Shown in pieces: positions 50,291-63,350 of a DNA stretch of 64,000 nucleotides (position 1 is the first letter of the stretch; every line of letters starts with the position of its first letter). The notes below the pieces were generated by a model, which was given only the letters and a program-made list of their open reading frames with translations, ran no database searches and was not told where the DNA came from. The translations under genes and the position numbers were made by a program. Origin of the DNA: Fimbriosthenelais zetlandica (Eukaryota); NCBI GenBank assembly GCA_977030845.1, contig OZ365112.1, forward strand, positions 25,730,001 through 25,794,000, read 5' to 3'.

Positions 50291-52389
50291 TGAGTATTGG
50301 ATCGTAATTGGCTTTTACCACGAGATGAATTTGACTCTGCAACATTTATCCCTAGTACAAAAGGTTAGGTTTCAGATTTAGATTCATTATTTGGAAGGAT
50401 CCCTGCTTTTGTTATTTCCACATAAACATCTTATTACATGTAACTTCTGGCATCAATATAAGCTTACGTATACAAAAGATACATTACACAAGTTATTTAG
50501 CCCTACTGATGGCAAAATCATGCTGTTGAGGGCCCATAAGCCATCGTCATTCCATCTGTTTCCCCGCAAATAAGCTTTTTAAAAATGTGACAAATGGGAA
50601 AGGATGGTACCAATAATTTGGCACTTGTGGCAAAGGGCAAAATATTGATAGCCTGACAAAGTGACTTCAATCAATCACCACTCCGGCTGCCATTGAAATG
50701 AACACTATTGAGACTATCGATCCATCATGAGATGCCATATAATAAAGTGGCCGTAGATTATACCCACCAACTTGGCCCTTCCTTCACCGGTGCAGAACCG
50801 ATTCTATAGTGTAGAACTGATGGAACCAGCGGCCAGGTTAATTAGGGTTTTCTCTCATTAATGGAGCCGGCAGACAACCCCCCCTCCCTCTGATTAGAAC
50901 CCCTCTATTTAATCCCCAATTTCCATTCTTCATCTTGTCCTTTCTGCCCTCAGTGCTGCTAACTGGGTTATCAAAGGCCAGCCATGTCTCTCACTGTCTA
51001 TGGAGAGATGCTTGTTTACTAAAAAAAAACTTTAATCACAAGCCATGCCTTCCATTGTCTATGGAGAGTGGCATAAAAAAGGATGGTTGCAGTCGTTTGA
51101 GAAGAGAAACATATGAAGACCTAACAGCGTTTTTTTTTCGCGGGGTGTTTCGTCCTTGTTGCCATAATATAATGTTATGATCCTGACTATCCCAATCAAT
51201 CAAACAAACCATCAATTCATCTTTAAATCTCTTTCAGTCATTGAGACAAGATATTCTACGAATTTTCCGAATGAAATCAAACCCTCCATTCAAAACTGCC
51301 ATAAGTCATATTCACAAGGATCATCGGACAAACAAATGATGAAAATTAATCTTTTTTGGCTCCATTTCCTTTGCACGGTGATAAAAACTTTAATTGAGTC
51401 CGATTCATGGCAATTTGACCGGGTGCGATATGATGAGAACACTTGTAAACGGAGGAAGCCACGAGTATTAGATCTTGTTCAATATTTGGGAGGGTTTACT
51501 CGACACGCTGATGGCCTCAACCATGCAATCTACCTATCACTGTGAACATCAATCCAATTTAGCCTCGGCAAAAGCATTTATTATTCACGTGTTTTCGTTA
51601 TTCACTGACTTTGCTTTCATCGAATCTGTCACCGTGTTCTCATCGAGGATACAAGTACATTAAATTTTGATGGCATTTCTCTTTACAACAAAAAATCTGT
51701 CTGGCTTCGAAAAAAAATGTACCCTCAATGTTGCTGCCTGGAAGTGGTCCCGAGGGGGTATGTATGTATAGGCCTCCCCCTGAACCTAACGAATGGGCGC
51801 ATTCATGCAATACATGCATAACAATGGAGTTAGCCATTCAGGTGTGTACTCCAAACCCGACTTCCTACCACTCTTCATAAATCAAAATGATTTAAACATA
51901 GTTGATTGTGACAAAATCGATCACCGTGTCCCATTTAAATGAAATATGGAGTGAACTGCTGTTTCAGGCTATGAACAAATATATCCCATTTTGCACATGA
52001 GCCATTTTTTTGTACTTGCTAGAGCACAAACTAGTTGTGGAGTAAAAGTAAGAAGGCCCATTATTTAAACCCCTGTTTTTTGCCCCGTTGCCCCCGGGGC
52101 CTGGACAGCCTGTCAGCCAGGCTATACAGGGTTGGAGGGCACACAGGTAATCTGACCACGGAGCTCTCTAATCAGTTTGATTAAGTTGTCTAGCCTGCCA
52201 TGATTAACGGCTTGACCATGACTCTGGTCACTGACCAGTTATATACCTACATCCCCTATACATGTTCCTCACCACAAAACATCACATATTTATGCCATTG
52301 CCCTTCTCAGTTTTGAGCTTCATACTTTCAAGCTTTTTCCCAAAGTTTGACAAGCCATTGATTTATTTACCCAACGTAACTTTACGAGT

Positions 52390-52680
52390 GAACTTCCTGA
52401 TTAATGGGTTTCAGTTTCAAAAACAAATTTGCTCTTCTTTCTGGAGACTTTACCCATTGTTCAACTCTAGTGTTATTGGGTATCTGTTGCCCGGGATACC
52501 CTGTAGTCATTGACAAGTATGGGATTCCATCCTGGGTTTCCGAGGGGGGGGGTCCCGTCTTCCCAAGGGTATTATAAATGGGGTCAGGGGTCTGAAACGA
52601 ACTCTGGGGGTGTGGCATGGGGGAGGACCCCGCCGAAATCCCGATGACATGGGAGAACAATAGAGAATCAACAGACATCT
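52390..52680 (+). mobile_element. L1 post-RT remnant
   Basis: FLINGFQFQKQI (F..SG.KIN..K), LGI, IPSW..GG (LPLSW.GR) and VFPRVL* (ILPR.LY). Confidence 0.4.
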
Positions 52681-53431
52681 GCATGCCTTTATAGCGATAT
52701 CGGTACAATGAAAAAACCGATGAACAACTTTGTCTTCCAGGTCTTTGAACCTTGGGGTTCAAAGCATGATTGATATCGGGAGATTTGCCTCAGATGTAAT
52801 GCAGTGGTCTTCTTGGAAGCCAATGATTAGCTTTCACCTGATTTGAAAGGCATACAACAATTTAAATATAGCATGGATCTTTTGTTATACAATATGGACT
52901 CAGACAATCAGGAGGTCTGCTTGATTTCGTATAGAGAAAGCGATACTATTCAGTTATGTGAAGTTTTTTTTCACAAAAGCTCTTTCAAGAGGAGTGCTGA
53001 ACAGGCAATAAATTAAAGCTGTACTCAAATATTTATTGCTAATATGTTTAACTTTCATTTCTGCCAGGATTTTGATATATTGAACCATATTTAATTAAAT
53101 GGATATCAAATATTCAAAAGGCAGCCCACACAACAGATGTCAGCAAAATTGTTATCAAAGACCTCGTGATAATGTCCATTTTCCTAATCAAACCTTCAAA
53201 GTCATTGTGTAACGCAAAATAACTTTATCAATTCACATTTGCAGCTTTAAAAGGCAACAATAAGTACCTGTTAGTGCAATATTTCAACAAATCACAGTGA
53301 TTTGTTTAAAAGCCCCACAACACCTGGCCTCTTAACTTCTCACCACGACAAACAATGATGTGACAACACATCCTTTATGTCAGCGCCATCAGCGGGGAAT
53401 CAAAAGCTGCTGCTACTCCCCACCAAAACAC

Positions 53432-53475
53432 CCCCATAACTATAACAATATAACCCCATAACCATAACAATATAA
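53432..53475. repeat. 22-bp tandem duplication
   Basis: CCCCATAACTATAACAATATAA / CCCCATAACCATAACAATATAA. Confidence 0.9.
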
Positions 53476-53985
53476 CCGGGAGGAGGCCATGTTATTAACA
53501 ATCATCCGACCCCAATGAACCTTCGTCAACTGGTGAATAATAGAACTGGTTTTTCACCTCAATAATAGTGCCAGTCTTGTTAGGGGAACGATTGGTTGCA
53601 TGATATCGTATAATATGTTTTCACTTCAATGGACGAGCACGTCAGTGAGGTGCGATTGCTAATTGATATGTTCATTGTTAGCATGCAGTGGCTGTTATAT
53701 CTCACAGCCAGATGTTCATCACTAATTTCAAGGTTAATGGCGGGGATTCACTAAAATAGACTGTATGTCGTCATCCTATTATTATTCCTTTGATCGATAT
53801 ACTCATGAATTTGATATCCAACATTATAGTTTCTCCTAAGTGATGATGTTGAGAATTTCAAAATCGATAGCCGCTAAAAGGATATGAAGTACATTTTGCT
53901 ATTCGATGAAAAATGGAATCCGTAAGTCTAGACACTTAAAAAGCTATTTTGCTATTGTTCAGCAGTCATCACGTATAACATAGGG

Positions 53986-54288
53986 TTGGAGATGCAGTCA
54001 CTTCACCATTGCCTTAGTGCACTGCTCCTTAATGCATCTATGCAAGAAACGGCAGACCCTTTGATAGCACTGCTTAAATGTGGATACAATTTCACCCAAA
54101 TTGAATTCTGTTTGCCTTATTTACCCACTTTCACAAGATCAATTCATTCCATCCATTTAGAATTCTATTCGCTGGAAAAGGGACGTAATTCTTCCCTCGA
54201 AGACACCTCGGAAAAAAGGGAGGACCCAGTTCCAGTGGAAAATCTCAATACTATCTATCACCTGCCTAGCCATCCGACGATCATCTGA
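53986..54288 (+). mobile_element. CR1/L2-like RT N-terminal remnant
   Basis: ADPLIALL..and EKREDPVPVENLNTIYHLPSHPTI resemble PL..I.N and KK..LDP....NYRPIS.LP...KI. Confidence 0.35.
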
Positions 54289-55973
54289 TGGGTGTTTCCA
54301 GATTTGTATTTAGTTGGGTGATCATTTCATTAAATCAATGTCAACAAGTTGTAAAGGCATTCCAGTGGAAGGCAATTGCATCGAAGGAGGAGCGAAGATA
54401 AGAAAATTTATGTAGTGCTATTCCACTGCTCATCAAAGTGGTGGAGTCGGGCGTCTGAATGAGCTGCTTGAATTCAGTATTCACACCACGTTCTTCCTCC
54501 CCAGATGTTTAGGTGTTGATTAGTCTTGAATCTTTATCCCTTTCCTCTCTAATCCTTATTAGAAAACCCTGTCTTGCTCCGAAGTCATTCAGTGAAGAAG
54601 AAGTACCACCCTCCAGGTCTCCCTCTATCATGTACCATCCTAAAATACTTTTCAATTTTCAAACTCTCGTACTCGGATGGAAAGTAACCACTAACACAAA
54701 CTTTTTCGTCTCGTCTCCTGCTGCGATGAGGCTAAAATCATGTGGTAATTGTATCTCAACTTTGTGTTTAATGTGAATTAATGTCAGAGTTTAGTGTGTG
54801 AGAATAACGGGAGTGAGAGGTTGGGATCTTTCATGTCAGTGAGGCGCCGTATTTTACGCGTTTCCCCCCTCTGTCTTTCTTGCACTCATCTCGGTGATGT
54901 ATGATGAAGTTTTGGCCGAGAAAAGCAGCCATGCAGAACGCACTGCCCCAAGCCACAGCCCCAAAGCTCGCCCTCCCAACAGGCCAAGGCAATTTTCCTA
55001 AATAAGGCTCTTAGAATTCATCACCTTGGTGCTGCTGGGGGTGTGTGGAATGCATGGGCGGGCATCTTACCTCCCCTGAAAACGGCGGATTATCCAGATT
55101 GAATATCCAAAGGAGAACGCCTCCTGCCCTCACCTCTTGCTCTCCACATCTGCTTTGGGTTTCATAAGTTTGGCAACTACTCTATTTTCTTCTCTGCGTT
55201 CTTCTCGGTACCGAGGGCACCTAATATTTTTTCTCTTGAAATCTTTTGTATTCCTCTTTCTATTTCTTGCTTTCCTCTTCAGCTAAATTTCCGCAACAAC
55301 AGTTTCATTAATGTACCATTTAGTAACGCATATAAATTAATTCCCCAATTTGCAGTACAGGAAGAGATTTATGCAGCTCGGTGAAAAGTTGCTGCTGCAA
55401 ATTGCCTGTATGCATTTTACGTACTCCTCCTCCAATCGGAAAAATCATGACCGAGACAAACTACAGTGGAGGGCTTTTTCGCTGCCTTTTCCCAAGACAG
55501 ACTAGCAGCCCCTGCAATGCATCATATTTCTCTGTTGAGATTTTTGTTAACTCCCTACGTTTTGGGGGTAACTTATCGAAAGACAAAGGAGCAACCTGGG
55601 GATGGCTTTTCCACTATCATGTTTATGCAGGGACTTGGTACTTCTAACCTCGCAATCATATCACGCAAGCCAAACCATCTCTCCAGGGATTCTTCGATAT
55701 TTTGATTCTCCCTCACTTTTAATAGGCGGGCTTGCTATCTTATTAATCAACAAGGATCACCACCAACTTAGATCAGAGAGGCTACATCCTCTTTGCTTAG
55801 ATTTTTGCCCTGCTGATGACCAAAAAGGGCTATTCTGGGTAGATAATCTTTCTGTTATGGAGAACTTTCAACAATAGGAACTATGTCCAGATGCACTAAT
55901 GAGGAAATGTCGTGAATGGAAAGTGTTTTTTTTTCTTTTGGGTCTGGTTTTACTTTTAGTCAAACTATCCTGA

Positions 55974-56014
55974 TGCATGCGCAGACATGCCCTGGGCCCA
56001 CTAACGCATGCGCA
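55974..56014. promoter_or_regulatory. Paired NRF1-like GCATGCGCA motifs
   Basis: TGCATGCGCA at 55974 and CGCATGCGCA at 56005. Confidence 0.25.
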
Positions 56015-58619
56015 TTGCGTGCCAGCGGTGGAGCTAAGAGACACTGCCCTGGTGGGGAAAATGGTAAAGAATCATGCCCTTGCCTCATTACTGTATCCCT
56101 TATTTTTGCGGGTGTTGAGCCCCTGTCATAGGCTGAGCCGGGGAAATGGATTTTGCACAAAGGCATCAACAGATTTAGCCAGGCTCGGTAGAATTAAAAG
56201 TCACTTTGTCACTTCCTGCATGAGGGAAAACATCGCTGGCCTTGACTGAATGGTTTCACTCTCTAAGTGCCGTGCCAATTTTGCCAAATGCTCTGATGAT
56301 GACCCATCCTTTTTGGCTGTAAGTGTGGCCAACCCAGAACATTCCACCTTTTCATGTGGTTGTAGTTCGTTGGTGGGTTTTCTCGTCCATCTTTTGTTTT
56401 ATTCACAGGCATTCCCATGTGAGTGGTCGCAAACTGTGGTGGGAGATGGCAAACATGCTTGTAAACCACACTTGGTTGCTTCCAGATGATGCAGTTGTCC
56501 CAAAAAGTGTGTTGCGAATGCAAAACACTCATTTGCAGTTCTGACTTTAATCTCGTGTGTATTTTATCAGATTTGTATTATCTTTTATGCAAGTGGTCTC
56601 ATGAGTGGGATGAACGCATTGGTGCCCAGATAAGTGGGATTTTCTTTCAAGTGAGGTGGTTGTGAAGCGAGTATATTTGGGTATGAATATTTAATCATTA
56701 GGCGGCATGGGGCAAAGAAATTAAGGAGGTCATTAGGTTTTTGGTTGAGTCTCGTATTCAGATCAATCTCTCTCATTAGAGTTATGACTGATTACTATAT
56801 GGTAAATTGCCTTCATTAATTAGTGGCCTTTTGTAAGGTGAAGCCAATCTGCCTACCTTCAAGGCCCACTGTGCTATATATAAGTCATCTATGTATAATA
56901 TGCAGCCCAAGGTCTCTCTGTGCAAGACCTCCGCTTGTGGAAGAAAATATGGGCTGAGGCTGGACTCCAAGCCAGTGATATATTTCCATCTCCTTTGTTT
57001 AGCTGCATAATCTCAGCCAGTAATAAAAGCCTGCCAAAGACTGTGAAAGGTACACAGTTAATAAATCCTGACATTAATTATTCCACTGGCACTGAGCCCG
57101 CACCTTCATTAGCGATTCCAAGATGATTGGCTGTCGGTTATGAATGGCCGCATAAAAAGCACGATTGATTATGATCACTACACAATAGCTTTGGGTGAAG
57201 AAAAAAAGCCCCACCAGTGGGAGATGGGTGTCAGGGCCCTTTTGAGCCCGCCGTCACATATATATAGAGCGCTGGCGAGCTCTAAAGGTGATGCAGCGAG
57301 CAAATCCAGCGCAGTGAGCGAGCAGGTGAGAGCAGGTTCTCCCCCCCTTATACCGTGTAAAGCCTCTCAATCACCTGCTCCTATATAGGGCTGGGATTAA
57401 CTCACAAACTAGCATAATCTGCTGAGAGATGGCTCTCATTAACGCAGAAATGGATCGCTTCATTTGCATGCGTGTTAAATTTCAATCAACCTGTCGACTC
57501 GTTCATGCAGTCACTGTGCTCGCACGTTTTGTGATGTATAGACGTGTCTGTCACGAAGGCGTGTGTCGGCCTTCTGAAAATGATTATGACTTTCTAAAAT
57601 AATTAGTACATGATTTGCTAATTACTACAATCTTTATGAAGTATGCTTTCCGCTGTGTGTCTCCTTGTGCAACTTTTCAAGAAAATTCTGGTTTATGGCT
57701 GGAACAGACTGCAAACTCTTCTGCTTGCTTACATTTTCTCTTGTCATGCAACTTCAGAAAGAAATGCAAGCAATCAAGTGCCCCTATTATCCATTCTAAT
57801 AGAGCACAGGTTCACTAGGATCTTTGATTATTGGTGCACAAAGAAGCAGACCAAGTCTGGTGCATCTATAAAAACGTTCTAGTCTGTTCCTGCCGTTATA
57901 TGAGTTTATTCTAACACTAGGTCTTGTACTAAGCTTATGCAGTAGGCCCTATATATTATATTATATATGGTGACGGTGATATGGCCCCATATTGCCGCTA
58001 TGTTGTCAGCTGAACCTATACAGTCCCCCACATCAGCTTTTCGAGATGAAAATGATTTATATAGATCTCTCTGTCATATATGTACTCATTCATTCATCAC
58101 TGCCCTCTTTGATGTCTGCCTCCAAGTAAAACCATTCCATTGATCTGTGAGTTTCCGAATATCATCCTACCCCTCTAATATAGCACACGCAAATAAAAAA
58201 GATATTGCCATTCGATAGAGATGCTTAGACAGCCGATATTTATGACATTGTTCATATTGTCGAGCTTTTCATGTCATTTCAAGGAAGTGGTGAAAGGGTA
58301 GTGGAGGACAAAGTGATAAGATATTCTCTATTGTATCGCCTTTCCCTCTGTATGCAATACGTTCCACTGGCCACACCTGATTACATTTATGGACTTTCAC
58401 TGGCCCCTTTTTGCCTGCTTGATCAAAGCATCTTCCGCAGATTGATCTGTACCAATATTACTGGGTTTTCAATGTGGGAGCCTGCCTGGTCGCTCTAGGC
58501 TCTCACAGTGGCTGCTGACAAATTTACATTCTCCCTGGGCTCGTTTGCCTGCCGAGCATGGAAGGCATATAAGCCATACGTTAGCAGCATAAGTACCGGG
58601 TCATACAAATCCAGGCCCA

Positions 58620-59000
58620 GCCTGGCTATGGGTTAACACTTGTGCATGGGGACACTTCCCCTCGATTTATTGCCATGTTCATGGATTGGTAAAGCGTTGG
58701 GGACACGAAGAGGAGGGCGTAGATAATGGAATACCACCTAATTATCCCACCCTGTGGGATGGCGTAAATTTCATTTCCAATATGGAGCTATCGCTGTGGA
58801 TTGTGAAACGTGATGGTTGGAGCGACACTGGTTAGGGGTAAGGCTGGGATGACTTTCCCCTCGCGGCCTCTATTCGTGACATCACAGATGAACAATTGGA
58901 CAACAATGATAAAAGGCAACTGGTGGCCCCCAACGGAAACCCCTTTATGGCTATGGCATCCATCACTTAACGCCAGAGGCATATCTAATAATGGGGTTAT
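58620..59000 (+). mobile_element. L1 ORF2 post-RT remnant
   Basis: LPCSWIGK at 58670 (L1 ORF2p IPCSW.GRI), IW..(FIW), GKAGMTFP (GG..FP), ETPLW (TPLW.N) and ARGI (W..KGI), all collinear. Confidence 0.6.
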
Positions 59001-59763
59001 TTGGGATGCCCCACTGATTCATAAATCTCCTCTCCCTAGAATACTGCTACTCTTTGCTAAAGAAAAAGACACGGGCCAATCAAGGCCCACTGCCTCGTTA
59101 GCTTTGTGTACACATGACAAACCACTGAAAGGTCCATTGTGGTTTGTATTTCCAAAGTCAACAAGGAGGAAAATTAATAATAATTGATTGATTTTGTACT
59201 CTTGCCCCCGTAATCCTTCTGATGCAGCACGGACTTTTTAACCAAACCACAAATCAGGTTTTGCACCATGTGCGTGAACTCGTTCACTTTATTTGCCACG
59301 GTGGTTTACTCTTAATTCAAATCTTTCCATGGATTGTAATCATAGTAAACGGTTGCTAGCTATGAATGGAGGTGTATGATTAATGTATCACTTAGTTGAC
59401 AAAGTTATCACATAGAGGCGACAAAGGACATTGGAGATGTCAGGAGCTTTGTCCTCGCTGGCGGTCGTTTCAGGACAACAATTAAGATGCCATTTCCTTA
59501 TAACAGCAGGCAATGATGCATCAAATGCCGCAACAAAACTACTAGGCATGCTTTCAATGGATTTGAATACTAAATTTGAATAGATTGATGACAACAATAT
59601 GTTTGTCTGCGAGGTCTATATCTGACATAAAAACCTACTGAAAGATAGATACATATATATATATGATAGTGCCAGCTCCAATTTTGAAATGGCACACCTT
59701 TGAAGACCTTTGGTCCTTGATGACGAACCCATAAAATAGAAGGCATTGTCGAGGAAGCAAGCT

Positions 59764-59820
59764 ACTGTACCCTGCCATTGAAGGAAACTAACAACTGTAT
59801 CCCTGCCATTGAAGGAAACA
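59764..59820. repeat. 30-bp tandem duplication
   Basis: ACTGTA(T)CCCTGCCATTGAAGGAAAC twice. Confidence 0.9.
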
Positions 59821-61599
59821 CAGTTCGTATAGTGCCTATTCATGAACATTACATCCCTTCAAGTGACGTTCAGTGAGGGAAAGTTGTCCTCGCTGAAGTA
59901 ATTATGCTAGATGGTCTATACACAGAAAGAGAGACCAAATAATGAGGAGGGTATGAGGAGAAACATATAGATAGAGATTAAAGGTGCCAGCTTCAGCACA
60001 CCACCTCCATCCATCATTGGTGATTAGGAGGTATATAAGAGGACTGACAAGGGGGATGAGGCAACGTGAGGTCTAGATCACACCAACATGTCTAACCAGC
60101 CCAAAGATGGGACAAAAATATAAACACTACCAAGATTGAAACACTCCCACAGATGATGGCCACCTACAAATCATGAGAATTACTCACAGCATGTGTGTGG
60201 TTATGTCAAGGTGGTTTTGTCATCTACTAACTGGTCTAAATGTCAATTTGGAATAAGATATTAAGTTGGCATTATAGGTTGGTCTAACTAGAGACCTTCC
60301 CTCCCCTATAAGTAGTATAGTGTTCAAGATATCATGTGTGTTTACCCATTGGGAAAAGACCCTTAATGTAGTTGCCGAAAGGGTCTTTGCAAAAATAGGT
60401 TTGCGGGTTGGGAGGTACTTATTCCCTGAAAGGAAAAATTACCCTTAATGCATGCGATCGGTGAAATGGCACTTCCATCTAGATATAGCTCTCTATATTA
60501 TCATATCAAGAAAAGAACCTGCGAGCGAGATGAACACGAGAAGCAGTAATTGCTTTGAAAATGGAAATCTGGCGAAGAACACATATATCATTGGTGGAAA
60601 TCGGTGCAATATATTCCTCCACTGCGATAATTAACCCTGATGGCGCCGCCCCGCGAGCCCCTCTCAAGAGATGATCCCCCCTAACGCTTCCAGTTCCTGG
60701 AGGAGTCGGACACCATCTCGTGACACTTTCTCCAGCTGATGACCAATTATCCCAACATGCAACTGCTCCATAATGCACTGAGAATTACCACAGTGAGACC
60801 TAACGCCAATCGCTTCGAATTAGAGCAGTCAGACCTGAAGTCCTGATCCCTGAAAAGGGTCCTTCCCTTCCTCTAAGACCTTCTCCATCTATCACCCGCC
60901 TCCCTCGGTACCTCTAGGTGGGCGGAGTGAAAAGCCCCACTAATAGAAAGTAAGGGAGGATGGAAGAGTATAGGGGGCTGAGGTGGGAGGAGTTGAGCCA
61001 CGAGAAGCTCATGCATTTATACCAATATCTGTCCCTCAAAGTCAGTGATCTACTTTTAGGGTCTTCGGCTTTTTGACTCGTAGAACCCAGGCATATATGC
61101 ACAGTGCGCTATACCCGCAATATACAGGGACATTGATGAAGTGAGAAAAGTCTGTTTTGATGGATTTATCTGGGGTGGTGGGTGTGGAATATGGGCGATG
61201 ACAAGGTGATTAATGTGTCTGGTACGGCATAAGTTTTACCCATGAATGTAGGGTCTCATAGCTCAACCTCAGGACCACCGGCATCCCACTGGCATTAGTT
61301 ACTCGCTCCCCACACTCTACCCTAATCCTTATTTCATCGCCCTCGGGTAATTCACCCTGTACTATTAACCCCAGACCAAACCAAACTGATTTTATGTATC
61401 CCCTACACACACCCTCCACATCTGTTTTTCCCAACTTTGTGATAAATAGATCATCTAGACATCTTTACACGTTAGAATGGTTAACCAAATGTGTTTTTTA
61501 CAATTCAATTTTTCCGTTGGCTGCACCATGCAACCACTGGGTTCTGTGACAGGTCGCAGCCCAACCTCCTACTGTTTTATTTACTGCAATCGTTTATCT

Positions 61600-61773
61600 T
61601 TTTCCCTGGCTGTCTGCTGGACGAGGCAGCGTCCAAAAATATGCTGGCAGGTTGACGAGCGCCCTGCTCCGAGGTTACTTGTTGTAACCAACATCTTTAT
61701 CAGAGCCATGGAAGATGGACAAGCAGGGTGGCTGACCTCTGGCGACCCACTGGAGTGGTTCCCTAGCATCTAG
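61600..61773 (+). mobile_element. L1 post-RT remnant
   Basis: CWTRQRPKICWQVDERP (W..K.PRI....L..P). Confidence 0.3.
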
Positions 61774-62299
61774 TGTTTCCCACTGGTGGGATACTGCTGC
61801 CATGGTGAACGAGTTGTTGTTATACTATATCCATGTACACGATCCTAACACCAGTTGTAAATATATTCGTCAAATGTTGGTCCTTTTGACGCCTGACGGG
61901 TTGTTAACGTCAATGTTTAAACACATCACAATGCGCTCTGACTGAACAGATTGCTGAAATAAGATTACCAAAGAGAGGAACTCTTTATGAGAGCTGCTCC
62001 ACCTGCCTGATGAGGGTCTAAGATCGGTGCCTTGAGGAGGTCGCAAATACACTCTTCTAAACGATATCTGCTATTTCTACTCAGCCTCTAATCTAAATTC
62101 ATAGAAGGTTTATGAATTATTCAGGCTTGATATAAAAGACTATTGTGGTGACGGTCTTTCACCAGATTTCATGGCACTTCATCACTTCAAGGCACTTGCT
62201 ACTGAACCGACTGAAAAAGCACACTATATAGTCTGGAAACTATAAGAGAGGAGAATAATAATGACTTCTGCAAGGATTTTTAGTTGTCTTTTGGACTAC

Positions 62300-63119
62300 T
62301 GTGTCGTGAATTCTTTCGAAGACAAATTTCAGCGCTTATAGGGAAAATATCTTATAAGTGATAGTTGGTAGAAGGGGTGTACGAATTGGGGTCTATTTGG
62401 TGCCTCATCTATAGGTTTATCCCAACTGACACCCTTATCAAAGCCTGCTGACAGTAACATTGAACCCTAGCTGATCTCCCCTGCCGTTCCCTAAACCATT
62501 CACACTTCCCATGACATGAACAAGCAAGCCAAGCTGACACTGTGGGTGCTCCCATCTTCAAACCTTCCACCCAGTCCGGAACAGACGGAGATTGTCTATA
62601 TATATACTAAAAGGCTGTGATCTTGTACCTCGGTGTACACTATAGTATGGAGATGAGAGTCGAGCTCCCTGGTTTCTGACCCGGGAGCAGGGGTTGAGCA
62701 TTGATCTCTAAACAGCTGGAGGATCACTGATCATCTAGGCCCCTGTCTAGAATATCCCCAAACTGCCAACATACACCCCTCCCCTCCACATACCACTGCC
62801 AATCTTCATTTAGCCTGTCATTGTCTTGTACCCTGTATACTCAAGGATCCATCACATACGGTCGTAGGGGTGTTACTTTCTGGATCCCAGAGGCTAGAGT
62901 ACTGAGGAATGGTTTAGGTAGGACATATTTTACTCCTACTTGTTCGCTTCCCTCCTGCTTTACTTTGGGAGTCCAGAGCTCCTGTGTAATTGATAAAATT
63001 GGGTATTCAGCCCAGCGACCAGATGCAACTGGGCCTCGCGGGAGCCTCTCATTGGAGCCCCTTACCATTAGATTTATGAAGAAATTGGAGCTTTTGTCCC
63101 CTGATTTATAATGATCCAC
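62300..63119 (-). mobile_element. L1/Tx1 linker-to-RT remnant, internally deleted
   Basis: YKSGDKSSNFFINL (E.GEK.SKFF.NL), DQLGF at 62476, AGFDKGVSW at ~62445 (AFD.V.W) and LRKNSRHSSP (RG.RQG.P). Confidence 0.45.
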
Positions 63120-63350
63120 AGGAAAGGTACAGTCCAGGCCCTCACAGATTTAGTTGGGCTACTGAAGGTTCTAACGGCTAGGTTGGTGCGGCCAATCGTC
63201 CCAAGTCCACTGGACTTGTTGGGCCTTGATTGCAGGCCACTCGTGCCCTTCGCCCATCTCAATGCTGCTGGAATCCAAAGGGTAGGATTATCGCAATTTG
63301 GAGCCACTAGAGGTCGCTCGGTGAATGGCCTCGCGAGACTAATCACATGT
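63111..63350 (+). mobile_element. L1/Tx1 RT fragment
   Basis: DLVGLLKVLTARL (D.KIL.K.LA.RL) and QFGATRGRSVNGLARLI (Q.GF..GRS...N.R.L). Confidence 0.5.

Noticed and set aside
50830-50870. TAATTA/CATTAATG homeobox-like sites as a conserved enhancer
   Set aside because: The motifs are too short and common, and conservation cannot be assessed from the sequence.
799-59820. Short repeated units as a possible CRISPR array
   Set aside because: None has identical repeats separated by unique equal-length spacers, there are no cas genes, and the context is eukaryotic.
60355-60388. 10-bp stem hairpin (also 11598-11617, 22109-22135 and 57320-57380)
   Set aside because: Stems this short are expected by chance in 64 kb and have no supporting context.
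62300-63350. Divergent L1 fragments as a twin-priming 5' inversion
   Set aside because: Both pieces contain the Q.GF region, so they overlap in L1 coordinates. No TSD or poly(A) was seen.
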